This document shows, one piece after another, positions 11,259-19,442 of a stretch of DNA of 64,000 nt. The DNA comes from Thermoanaerobaculia bacterium (GTDB lineage Bacteria; Acidobacteriota; Thermoanaerobaculia; UBA5066): assembly GCA_038245905.1 (NCBI GenBank), contig JBBRRY010000004.1, positions 1 through 64,000 of the forward strand. The letters run 5' to 3'. A model generated the notes under the pieces. The model was not told where the DNA came from. It did not search any database and saw only the letters and a program-made list of their open reading frames with translations. The position numbers and the translations under genes are program-made. Numbering within the stretch: the first letter of the stretch is position 1; every line of letters begins with the position of its first letter.

Positions 11259-12250
11259 GGGTGGGCTCCTTCAAGAGATTTCTTTGAATGGGAAAGAAAG
11301 GCAGGCGCGAGGGTTACGAGGTGCTCCATCCCAGGCGTCATGGCGGCCCGCGGCGGTTTTCCCTCTTCACCTTCTAAGAGAAATAGCGTTTCATGAACCA
11401 CGCCATCCGCACGCAGTCGCTCCGACAGCGCCATGCCGTCCTTCGGTCCGAGGACGAAAAGAGCCGTGGACAGAATGTCTGCGTTGAGGCCCGTCGGCGC
11501 GATGACCGTGACGGAGCCGAAGTCGGGCGCGGGCTCGCCGGTGCGCGGGTCGAGGAGATGGCCGATGCGGCGGCCGTTCACGACGAGGCCGCGCTCGGAA
11601 TTGCCGGATGTCGAGGCGGACGCGTCCTTCAGGCGGATCGTCGCGACTGCGCGCGAACGGTCTCCAGGATGCGCGACGGAGACGACCGTCTCCGGGCCGA
11701 ACGCAAGGACCTGCCCGCCCAGATCGAGGACGAGCGCAGTCGCCCCCACGGCACGGGCGGCCTCGGCCGCGCGGTCGAGGGCCCAGCCCTTGCCCCATGC
11801 GCCTTCGTCGATTCCGGCGGCGGGGTCGAGGCGGGAAAGAGAAAGAGAAGATTCTCTGAAGGTGAAGAGGGGAGCACCCGACGCGGTGCGGGCGGAGGCC
11901 AGTTCCTGCGGCGTTGGGATTCGGCCACCCGTGCGCAATCCCCAAGCCCTCACGAGAGGCGCCACCGTCGGGTCAAAGGCGCCGCCCGTTCTCTCCGACC
12001 ATTCGAAGAGATTCCTCAGCAAATGGAAGAGTTCCGGCGTCACGGGCTTCTGATCTCCGGGGGCCGCCGCGTTCAGCCGGGCGAGAGGCGTGTCCTCCCG
12101 CCACGTCGACAGCAGCCGGTCGACGACTTCCACGGCACGCACGGCCGCCTCGCTCGCGTCGAGGGCGCGCTCTCGCGTCGGCGCCGAAATCGTCAGCGTG
12201 AGCGCGGTCCCCATGACGGCAAGATGGCGGGCGATGGCCTCGGGATACAT
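11255..12250 (-). CDS. apbE: FAD:protein FMN transferase
   Basis: MGT, GGAFDPTVAPLVRAWG, KGWALD, DLGGQ, STSGNSER, HLLDPRTG, SVTVIAPT..ADILSTALFVLG. Confidence 0.9.
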   Translation of the reverse strand: MYPEAIARHLAVMGTALTLTISAPTRERALDASEAAVRAVEVVDRLLSTWREDTPLARLNAAAPGDQKPVTPELFHLLRNLFEWSERTGGAFDPTVAPLVRAWGLRTGGRIPTPQELASARTASGAPLFTFRESSLSLSRLDPAAGIDEGAWGKGWALDRAAEAARAVGATALVLDLGGQVLAFGPETVVSVAHPGDRSRAVATIRLKDASASTSGNSERGLVVNGRRIGHLLDPRTGEPAPDFGSVTVIAPTGLNADILSTALFVLGPKDGMALSERLRADGVVHETLFLLEGEEGKPPRAAMTPGMEHLVTLAPAFLSHSKKSLEGAHP

Positions 12251-12251
12251 C

Positions 12252-12272
12252 TGCGACTAAGTCTCAGTCGCA
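12252..12272. promoter_or_regulatory. 21-bp palindrome TGCGACT-AAGTCTC-AGTCGCA, Fur-family-like operator for the apbE operon
   Basis: Perfect 7-bp arms, extended by ATACAT/ATGTAT. Lies between the apbE ATG and a minus-strand TTGACG (12301-12296)-N18-TACATT promoter. Confidence 0.6.
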
Positions 12273-12315
12273 ATGTATGCGAAGGCCCCACGAGGCGTCA
12301 AGCGATGCAGATGCG

Positions 12316-13008
12316 TCAGCCGGTCTCGAGCACGTCGCTCACGCTTCCGATCCGTTGGACGCCGCCGTCGACGATCGTCGCGATGCGGTCTCCGAGCGCG
12401 CGCGCGTCCGAGCGGTCGTGCGTCACGAGCAGCGTCGGAATCCCAGAGGAGACGAGATGCCTGCGAAGCTCCTCGCGGATCGGGACCCTGAGGGGTTCGT
12501 CGAGAGCCGAGAGCGGCTCGTCGAGGAGGAGGAGCCGCGGCCTCGAGGCCAGGGCGCGGGCGAGCGCCACCCTTTGTCGCTGTCCTCCGGAGATCTCCGC
12601 GGGATAACGGGCCTCGAGTCCGTTCAACCCGAAGAGGGCGAGGAGCGAGAGGAGACGCTTTTCGCGCTCCTCCTTGGGAGCCCCGGCCAGGCCATACACG
12701 ACGTTCGCACCGAGTGTGAGGTGCGGAAAGAGCGCATATTCCTGAAAGAGAAAGCCGAGGCGGCGGTCCTGCGGCGGCAGGTCCACACCTCGGACGGAGT
12801 CGAACCACGTGGTGTCGCCGAGGGCGACGAGACCCTCGTCGGGCCGTTCGAGCCCCGCGACGCAGCGCAAAAGCGTCGTTTTTCCCGCGCCCGAGGGCCC
12901 GAGGAGCACGGTGACGAGCCCGCCGGCCGGCGGAAGCTCCAGCGCGAAGTCGAAAGCGGGGCCGCCCCGGAAGGTTTTCCGGATGCGGACGGTCAGTCCA
13001 TCGGCCAT
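12316..13008 (-). CDS. modC: Molybdate ABC ATP-binding subunit (short, no TOBE)
   Basis: GPSGAGKTTLLRCVAGL, DLPPQDRRLGFLFQEYALFPHL, ISGGQRQRVALARAL, LLLDEPLSALD. Follows modB. Confidence 0.88.
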   Translation of the reverse strand: MADGLTVRIRKTFRGGPAFDFALELPPAGGLVTVLLGPSGAGKTTLLRCVAGLERPDEGLVALGDTTWFDSVRGVDLPPQDRRLGFLFQEYALFPHLTLGANVVYGLAGAPKEEREKRLLSLLALFGLNGLEARYPAEISGGQRQRVALARALASRPRLLLLDEPLSALDEPLRVPIREELRRHLVSSGIPTLLVTHDRSDARALGDRIATIVDGGVQRIGSVSDVLETG

Positions 13009-13667
13009 GCGGCCCATGCGCTCCGCCGGAGCCCATACGTCACGGCGAGGACGACGAAGGAAACGGCGAGGAGGAAGACAGACGTGCGGGCCGCCGACGC
13101 GTAGGCCAGCGCCTGCACGTCGTCGTAGATCGAGATAGAAACGGTGCGCGTGATGCCGGGGCGGTTGCCGCCGACCATGAGGACGACGCCGAACTCGCCG
13201 AGCGTGTGCGCGAAGCTCAGGACGAGGCCGGTCACGATCCCAGGCATAGAGAGCGGGACGATCAGCCGAAGGAACGTGCGGCGGCGCGAGACGCCCATCG
13301 TCCACGAGGCCTCGATGAGGCGTCTGTCCACGCGGGCGAAGGCCGACGCAAAGGGCTGAATCGCGAACGGCATGCTGTAGAGGATCGACGCGATCAAGAG
13401 GCCTTCGAACGAGAAGGGAAGGAGCTTGCCCGTGACCCATTCCCATCCCGCTCCGAACGGACTGCGGGGACCCATTGCGAGGAGAAGGTAGAAGCCGAGC
13501 ACGGTCGGCGGCAGAACGAGGGGAAGCGCGACCACGGCTTCCACGAGGAACTTCCATCGACGCTTCGAGAAGGTCAGCCAGTACGCCGCCGGCAAGCCGA
13601 TGACGAGCAGCACGGCCGACGTGAGGAGAGAGAGCCTCGCACTGAGGCCGATCGCTTTCCAGTCCAT
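12993..13667 (-). CDS. modB: Molybdate ABC permease
   Basis: LPLVLPPTVLGFYLL, FAHTLGEFGVVLMVGGN.PG.TRT.SI.IYD. Confidence 0.93.
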   Translation of the reverse strand: MDWKAIGLSARLSLLTSAVLLVIGLPAAYWLTFSKRRWKFLVEAVVALPLVLPPTVLGFYLLLAMGPRSPFGAGWEWVTGKLLPFSFEGLLIASILYSMPFAIQPFASAFARVDRRLIEASWTMGVSRRRTFLRLIVPLSMPGIVTGLVLSFAHTLGEFGVVLMVGGNRPGITRTVSISIYDDVQALAYASAARTSVFLLAVSFVVLAVTYGLRRSAWAAWPMD

Positions 13668-14458
13668 CAGGCGTCCGGGAGGAAAAAGCCGAAGCGCTTC
13701 AGCGTCCCTTGCGCCTTCGGGCCGAGAAGGAACATCCTCAAGGCGCGCGCGGCCTCCGGTTCCTTCGTCGACCTGAGGATCGCACCGCCCTGCTCGATCT
13801 CTGGGTAGGACGAGAGGGGAATCTCGACGAAACGGCCCGTCGTTCGCAGCCCGGGCGCGACAGCGAGCCCGAGGGCGATGATTCCCGCGTCGGCACTGCC
13901 GGTCTCGACGAACTGAGCTGTCTGGGCGACGTTCTCGCCAAGGACGAGCTTCTCCTTCACGGCGTCGTACACGCCGAGGGAACGCAGGGCCGCCTCTGCC
14001 GCCCTCCCATACGGCGCATGCCGCGGATTCGCGATCGCGACGTGCCGAACACGTGGATCGGCGAGCGCCTTGATCCCGCTCTTCTCGATTTCGAGGGGGG
14101 ACGCGAGCGGCACGAAGAGGACGATGCGGCCGACCGCATACAGGAACCGGGTGCCCTCGAGCACGAGGCCCGCCTCCTCGAGCTTCCTCGGGTACTCGGC
14201 GTCGGCCGAAAGGAAGACGTCGAACGGGGCGCCGTTGGAGAGCTGCGAGAAGAAATTGCCGGACGAGCCGTACGTGACCTTCACGTCGAGGTCCGGTCGC
14301 TCCTTCCTGAAGTCGACGAGCACGGAGTCGAGGGCGAACTTCAGGTCGGCGGCGGCAGCGACGCTGACGTCGGCCGCGGGTGCCCTCATGGCGCCGAGGA
14401 GGAGCGCGAGGGCGAGGGCGGAGCGAACAACGGGGGCGACGGCGCCGGAAGCAAGCAT
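13667..14458 (-). CDS. modA: Molybdate ABC substrate-binding protein
   Basis: VAAAADL, YGSSG, GAPFDVFLSAD, IANPRHAPYGRAA, LGENVAQTAQFV. ATG at 14458 chosen. Confidence 0.92.
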   Translation of the reverse strand: MLASGAVAPVVRSALALALLLGAMRAPAADVSVAAAADLKFALDSVLVDFRKERPDLDVKVTYGSSGNFFSQLSNGAPFDVFLSADAEYPRKLEEAGLVLEGTRFLYAVGRIVLFVPLASPLEIEKSGIKALADPRVRHVAIANPRHAPYGRAAEAALRSLGVYDAVKEKLVLGENVAQTAQFVETGSADAGIIALGLAVAPGLRTTGRFVEIPLSSYPEIEQGGAILRSTKEPEAARALRMFLLGPKAQGTLKRFGFFLPDA

Positions 14459-14479
14459 TATATTTCTTAGAATATAACG
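14456..14479. promoter_or_regulatory. ModE box CATTATAT-N8-ATATAACG
   Basis: Matches the ModE consensus CGTTATAT-N-ATATAACG and sits at the modA start, next to modE. Confidence 0.8.
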
Positions 14480-14513
14480 GACGAGGTGCCCCGGCAACCG
14501 CCCCCCGGCCCTC

Positions 14514-14906
14514 TTACCTTCTAAGAAATCTCTTCAGCTTCCCCGCATCCGCAGCCGTCGCCCGGAGTGCGTTACGCACCATTCGGCGATAGAGCGCGAG
14601 GACCTTCGCTCCCGCGGACGTCAGCGTCGCTCCGCCGTGGGCTGCGCCCCCGCGCGCGAGCGCGACGAGAGGATCGCGGAATGCGGCGTTCATCGTCTTC
14701 ACGAGCGTCCAGGCGCGCATGTAGGACATGCCGAGCCCGGCCGCGGCCCGCCGGAGGCTCCCGGTCTCCCGTACCGCCTCGAGGAGATCGGCCTTACCGG
14801 GTCCGAGGAGGATCGTCCCGCCGCGCACGAGCCGCAGGCGGGGCTTGAGGGCGACCGCCTTCCGGCTCGGGCTGCCCACGCCGCGAGCCGGGGGTTTTTC
14901 CTTCAC
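14514..14906 (-). CDS. modE: ModE-type winged-helix regulator (HTH only, no Mop domains)
   Basis: LGPGKADLLEAVRETGSLRRAAAGLGMSYMRAW.LV..MN.....PLV...RGG...GGA.LT. GTG at 14906. Confidence 0.85.
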   Translation of the reverse strand: MKEKPPARGVGSPSRKAVALKPRLRLVRGGTILLGPGKADLLEAVRETGSLRRAAAGLGMSYMRAWTLVKTMNAAFRDPLVALARGGAAHGGATLTSAGAKVLALYRRMVRNALRATAADAGKLKRFLRR

Positions 14907-14913
14907 GCGGCGA

Positions 14914-15123
14914 TTATGGAGCGCCGGCGTTCGCGAGACCGATCCGACCGAGCGCGCGGGAAAAGAGGTAGACGTATCCCGCGAACCCTCCGCTGCCGAA
15001 CGCCGCGCGCAGGATGCCGTGCTGCGCGGCGGCGAGCAGTCCTCCGGCGCAGAGGCACGCGAGCGAAAAGCACAGAAGGAGCAGGGGGACGGTTGCGGAC
15101 CTGAGGCGGGCCTTGAGGGACAT
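14914..15123 (-). CDS. Possible small membrane protein (69 aa)
   Basis: Fills the gap between modE and the KdpE-like box and has two hydrophobic stretches. No recognisable family. Confidence 0.35.
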   Translation of the reverse strand: MSLKARLRSATVPLLLLCFSLACLCAGGLLAAAQHGILRAAFGSGGFAGYVYLFSRALGRIGLANAGAP

Positions 15124-15157
15124 CTCACTCACAGGAGACAACTTCCACCTGGAGCTC

Positions 15158-15200
15158 GAAGGAAGTCCGGAGAAAGACCTAAGGAAGTTCTAAAGACCGG
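15158..15200. promoter_or_regulatory. KdpE/OmpR-type direct-repeat site (TAAG-N7-TAAA; 11-bp periodic array)
   Basis: GAAGGAAGTCC/GGAGAAAGACC/TAAGGAAGTTC/TAAAGACCGG upstream of the K+ permease. Reverse strand reads TTTA-N7-CTTA, like the E. coli KdpE site TTTA-N7-TTTA. Confidence 0.6.
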
Positions 15201-15254
15201 CGCCGCCCGTGCTCTGTCGTCCCTACACTCGCGGCTCGGCGGTTCCGCCGCGCG

Positions 15255-17231
15255 ATGGCCGAGTCCAGCAAGCTCTCCACAGTCCTCCTCGGCAAGCCGC
15301 GCGACGTCAAGGACCCGAACGTCTTCCACCGCGTGTCTCTCGTCGCCTTCCTTGCGTGGGTCGGGCTCGGGGCCGACGGCCTGTCGTCGTCGGCCTACGG
15401 CCCGGATGAGGCGTTCCGCGCCCTGGGCCAGCATCGCTCCCTCGCGATCGTCCTCGTCGGGATGACGGCGATCACGGTCGGCATCATTTCGTTCGCGTAC
15501 TCGAACCTCATCGAGCACTTCCCGGGTGGGGGCGGCGGCTACCTCGTAGCGACGAAGCTCCTCGGTCGGAAGGCCGGGGTCGTGTCCGGCTGCGCACTTC
15601 TCGTGGACTACGTCCTCACGATCGCCACGTCGGTCGCCTCGGGGTGCGATCAGCTCTGGAACTTCCTCGGTCCGGGGATGGCGCGATACAAGCTTCCGGC
15701 CGAGATCGTGGTCCTCGTCCTCCTGATCTTCCTGAACCTCCGCGGGGTGAAGGAATCCGTGACGGTCCTCGCTCCGATTTTTCTCGTCTTCATCGGGACA
15801 CACGCGTTCGCGATCCTCTATTCCTTCGGTGCGCACCTCGGAGCGCTTCCCGAGGTGTTCTCGGGCGCCGCGCGCGATTTCCACGCCGCGAAGGCGACGA
15901 TCGGCTTCTGGCCCCTCGCGTTCATTCTCCTCAGGGCCTACTCGATGGGCGGCGGTACGTACACGGGCATCGAAGCCGTTTCGAACGGCGTCACGATGCT
16001 CCGCGAGCCGCGCGTGAAGACGGGGAAGAAGACGATGCTCCTCATGGCTGTCTCGCTGGCGTTCACGGCCGGCGGCATCCTCTTCGGCTACCTACTCGTC
16101 GCGGCCCGCCCCCACGAGGGCAAGACGATGAACTTCGTCCTTTTCGACGCCCTGTTCGGGAGCTGGAGGATCGGCGGACTCGGCGTCGGGAGCGCCTTCG
16201 TCCTCACGCTCCTCATCGCCGAGGCTGCCCTGCTCTTCGTGGCGGCACAGACGGGCTTCCTCGACGGCCCGCGCGTCCTCGGGAACATGGCGATCGATTC
16301 GTGGATGCCGCACCGGTTCTCGCAGCTCTCGGACCAGCTCGTGACCCAGAACGGCGTCTTCCTCATGGGCCTCGCGGCGGCGGCGGCCCTCCTCTACACG
16401 CACGGCGACATCACGATGCTCGTCGTCATGTATTCCATCAACGTCTTCGTGACGTTCTCGCTCACGGAACTCGGCATGTCCCTGCACTGGATCGTGGAGC
16501 GCCACCGTGAACCCCATTGGAAGCAGCTGCTCGCGATCCACGGCACGGGCCTCGTCCTGTGCCTGACGATCCTCTGCGTCACGCTCTACGAGAAGTTTGG
16601 CGAGGGAGGCTGGATGACGGCACTCGTGACGAGCGCGACCATCGGCGTCTGCTTTTTGATCCGGCAGCACTACGCGCGCGTCGCCGACGACCTCAAGAGG
16701 CTCGACGACATATTGGTGCCCGTCACGGCGATTCCCGTGGCCGACAGCTGCGTTACGGAGCTCGACCACGGGCTCCCGACGGCGATCCTGACCGTCGACC
16801 GCTTCTCGGGATACGGCCTCCACCAGATCCTGAGCATCCACATGCTCTTCCCGAACTACTACAAGAACCTCGTCTTCGTATCCGTGGCCGTGGTGGACTC
16901 CGGCAACTTCAAGGGCAGCGAGGAGGTCGGGCGCCTCGAGGCGAACACGCGCGAGAACCTCGAGAAATACGTCGCCTGGAGCCGCGCGAAGGGCTGGAAT
17001 GCCGCTTACCGCATGGCTGTCGCGACGGAAGCCGTGGACGAGGTCGTCAAGATCTGCAAGGAACTCCAGAAGGAGTTCCCGCGGGCGGTCGTGTTCAGCG
17101 GCAAGCTCGTCTTCAAGAAGGAGCAGTGGCACCACCGCCTCCTCCACAGCGAGACCGCGATGGCGATCCAGCGCCGCCTCCAGTTCGAAGGCGTTCAGTC
17201 GATCGTGCTGCCGGTCCGCGCGTCGGTCTAG
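15255..17231 (+). CDS. APC-superfamily permease, KimA/YdaO-like K+ transporter
   Basis: GADGLSSSAYGPDE, FPGGGGGYLVA, ALLVDYVLT, NLRGVKES, TGIEAVSNGV; cytosolic C-domain ending LLHSETA..IQRRL. Adjacent to kdpDE. Confidence 0.85.
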   Translation: MAESSKLSTVLLGKPRDVKDPNVFHRVSLVAFLAWVGLGADGLSSSAYGPDEAFRALGQHRSLAIVLVGMTAITVGIISFAYSNLIEHFPGGGGGYLVATKLLGRKAGVVSGCALLVDYVLTIATSVASGCDQLWNFLGPGMARYKLPAEIVVLVLLIFLNLRGVKESVTVLAPIFLVFIGTHAFAILYSFGAHLGALPEVFSGAARDFHAAKATIGFWPLAFILLRAYSMGGGTYTGIEAVSNGVTMLREPRVKTGKKTMLLMAVSLAFTAGGILFGYLLVAARPHEGKTMNFVLFDALFGSWRIGGLGVGSAFVLTLLIAEAALLFVAAQTGFLDGPRVLGNMAIDSWMPHRFSQLSDQLVTQNGVFLMGLAAAAALLYTHGDITMLVVMYSINVFVTFSLTELGMSLHWIVERHREPHWKQLLAIHGTGLVLCLTILCVTLYEKFGEGGWMTALVTSATIGVCFLIRQHYARVADDLKRLDDILVPVTAIPVADSCVTELDHGLPTAILTVDRFSGYGLHQILSIHMLFPNYYKNLVFVSVAVVDSGNFKGSEEVGRLEANTRENLEKYVAWSRAKGWNAAYRMAVATEAVDEVVKICKELQKEFPRAVVFSGKLVFKKEQWHHRLLHSETAMAIQRRLQFEGVQSIVLPVRASV

Positions 17232-17285
17232 GGGGACGTCTCGCGTTCGATGTCCACGACGATTACGTCGATCCCGCGGGCAGGA

Positions 17286-17307
17286 CTAAAGAAGTCCTAA
17301 AGACCGG
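17286..17307. repeat. Second copy of the 22-bp KdpE-like site (CTAAAGAAGTCCTAAAGACCGG)
   Basis: 20/22 identical to 15179-15200, same orientation, and abuts the kdpE stop codon. Confidence 0.7.
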
Positions 17308-18006
17308 TCAGGAGACTGGCTCGGCGACAAACCGATACCCGACCCAGGGCTCCGTGACGATGTAGCGGGGCCGTGCGGGATCGGGCTCTATCTTCTTGCG
17401 GAGGGACCCAACGTGGACGCGGACCGCGTCGGGCGTCGTCCCGGGCGCGCCGTGCCAGACGCGGCCGATGATCTGCCGGATCGTGACGGGCTTTCCCGCG
17501 TGCGAGGCGAGGAGCTCGAGGATCGAGAGCTCCGTCGGCGTGAGCCGGACCTCCTTGCCCTCGACGACGACGCGCCGGCGCTCGTGGTCGAGCGTGAGGC
17601 CGGGAAACTCGAGAATTCCCAGCACGCTCTCGTCCGTGTGCCGGCGGAGCTGCGCCCGCACGCGCGCGAGGAGCTCGGGTACGGAGAACGGCTTCATGAC
17701 GTAGTCGTCGGCGCCGAGGTCGAGAGCGCGGATCTTGTCCGCATCGCCCCCGCGGACGGAGAGGACGAGGATCGGTGTCTTTCCCGCCCGGCGCAGTCGG
17801 GCGATCAGCTCGAACCCGTCGGCAACGGGCATCGCGAGATCCGTCAGGACGAGATCGGGCTCGCGCTCGGCGGAGAGCCGGGCGCCTTCATCGCCGTCGG
17901 CGGCCTCCAGCGTCTCGTAGCCGGCCGCCGCAAGCTCCGCGGCGACGCCGCGGCGGATGGCCGGGTCGTCGTCGACGACGAGGATGGTCCCGGACGTGCG
18001 CGTCAC
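17308..18006 (-). CDS. kdpE: KdpE-like response regulator (OmpR family)
   Basis: ILVVDDD, DLAMP, ALDLGADDYVMKPF, LTPTE..ILELL..HAGK, LRKKIEPDPARPRYIVTEPWVGYRF. Confidence 0.85.
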   Translation of the reverse strand: MTRTSGTILVVDDDPAIRRGVAAELAAAGYETLEAADGDEGARLSAEREPDLVLTDLAMPVADGFELIARLRRAGKTPILVLSVRGGDADKIRALDLGADDYVMKPFSVPELLARVRAQLRRHTDESVLGILEFPGLTLDHERRRVVVEGKEVRLTPTELSILELLASHAGKPVTIRQIIGRVWHGAPGTTPDAVRVHVGSLRKKIEPDPARPRYIVTEPWVGYRFVAEPVS

Positions 18007-19442
18007 GGCGTTTCTCCGGGCGCAGCCGGCAGGTCCAGCCGTGCGATCGTCCCGCCTCCGGGCCGGTCGAGGAGAACGACCGTTCCGCCCATCGCGCGTG
18101 CGAGCGAGCCGCAGATCGAGAGCCCGAGGCCGGCGCGTCCCGCGTCCGCAGGCGAGCCGCTGGCCGCCGCGCGCTTGACGTCGGCGGGGACGCCGGCTCC
18201 GCGGTCGCGGACGTCGAGCCGCACGCGACCGGAGTCCGTCGGGCTCGGCTCGGCGGCGAGATCGAGCGGCGTGTCACGTGTTCCAGCACGGGCCGCGTTC
18301 TCGAGGAGGTTCGCGAGAATCTCGACGGTCAGCGCCGGATCGGCGAGAGCGTCGGGCGTGTCGGGCGCCACCGTGACGTCGATGGTCCGGCCCGCGAGGA
18401 CGAGAGGGAGCGCCTCGAGCGCGCCGCGGAACAGGTCTGCGGGCGGAGAGGGCTCGGGCCGCGGATACGCGCCGGCGTCGAGCCGCGCCGCCGCGAGAAG
18501 GTTGTCGATGCGGCGCGAGAGGCGCTCCGTCTCGGTGGAGACGACGTCGACGTCGGCGGTATCGGCGGCGAAGCGTCTCAGGCGCTCGAGGCCGAGCCGG
18601 ATCGCCGTGATCGGCGTCCTGAGGTCGTGTGAGACGGCTCGCAGGAGTGAAGTCTTGAGGGAGTCGCTCTCGCGGAGGGCCTCGAGGTGGGCGCGCTCCG
18701 AGAGAAACCGCTCCCGTTCGACCGAGAGGGCGACGAGGCGTCCCACGGAGGCGAGGGCATTGCGTTCCGCGCGCGTGCCGCGCACGACGAGGACTCCGTT
18801 CGTTCGGCCGCCCACTGCGAGCGGCAGATAGACGTCCCTCGCTCCGTCGGCGGCGGGCAACTCGGCGGGCTCCCCGGCGCGGCCGACGCTTTCGAGTAGA
18901 GGGTCGCCGGCGTCGAGCCCCTGCCCGACCGAGACGATGACCTCGGGGGGGCCGCTGCCGAAGAGCACGAGTCCGCCGCCAGAGGTCCCGATCGTCCTCA
19001 GGGCGCGTCCCGCCGCTTCGCCCAGGGCGCCGATGCGGTTCGTGGCGGCGAAAAGGTCCACCGAGAGGTCGTAGAGCGCCTCCATCTCCGTCCGGCGCGC
19101 CTCTGCGTCCGCCGCCCGGCGCTCGGAGCGGGCGACGAGACGGCTCACGACGACCGAGGCGAGGAGGAACGTCGCGAGGGCCACCCAGTTCGGGGGGTCC
19201 GCGATCGTCCACGTTCCGACGGGTGGAAGGAAGAAGTAGTTGTAGCAAGCCGTCGCCGCGAGGGACGCCGCCGCGGAGGCCGCGAATCCGAATCGCGCCG
19301 CCATAAAGAGGACGACGACGAGGTAGACGAACCCGACCGTCGTCGCGTTGGCGTCGAGAGCCCGACCGAGCGCGGTCGCGCCGGCAACGCCGAGGAGCGC
19401 GAAGGCGACGCGCCCGGCCGTCCTCGCGAGGTGCCTAGCCGT
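18003..19442 (-). CDS. KdpD-like sensor kinase lacking the N-terminal KdpD/USP domains (4 TM-GAF-HisKA-HATPase)
   Basis: YNYFFLPPVGTWTIADPPNWVAL TM region, SLLRAVSHDLRTP, NLLENAA, DRGAG, GLGLSI. The first two TM helices lie upstream of ATG 19304, so the start is placed tentatively at ACG 19442. Confidence 0.8.
   Translation of the reverse strand, partial: TARHLARTAGRVAFALLGVAGATALGRALDANATTVGFVYLVVVLFMAARFGFAASAAASLAATACYNYFFLPPVGTWTIADPPNWVALATFLLASVVVSRLVARSERRAADAEARRTEMEALYDLSVDLFAATNRIGALGEAAGRALRTIGTSGGGLVLFGSGPPEVIVSVGQGLDAGDPLLESVGRAGEPAELPAADGARDVYLPLAVGGRTNGVLVVRGTRAERNALASVGRLVALSVERERFLSERAHLEALRESDSLKTSLLRAVSHDLRTPITAIRLGLERLRRFAADTADVDVVSTETERLSRRIDNLLAAARLDAGAYPRPEPSPPADLFRGALEALPLVLAGRTIDVTVAPDTPDALADPALTVEILANLLENAARAGTRDTPLDLAAEPSPTDSGRVRLDVRDRGAGVPADVKRAAASGSPADAGRAGLGLSICGSLARAMGGTVVLLDRPGGGTIARLDLPAAPGETP

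Noticed and set aside
15130-15254. c-di-AMP (ydaO) riboswitch upstream of the KimA-like gene
   Set aside because: The conserved ydaO elements are not recognisable and the leader after TACACT is only about 25 nt.
15179-17307. Mobile element bounded by the 22-bp direct repeats
   Set aside because: No transposase or integrase, and the repeat matches a response-regulator site. Kept only as an alternative in the finding.
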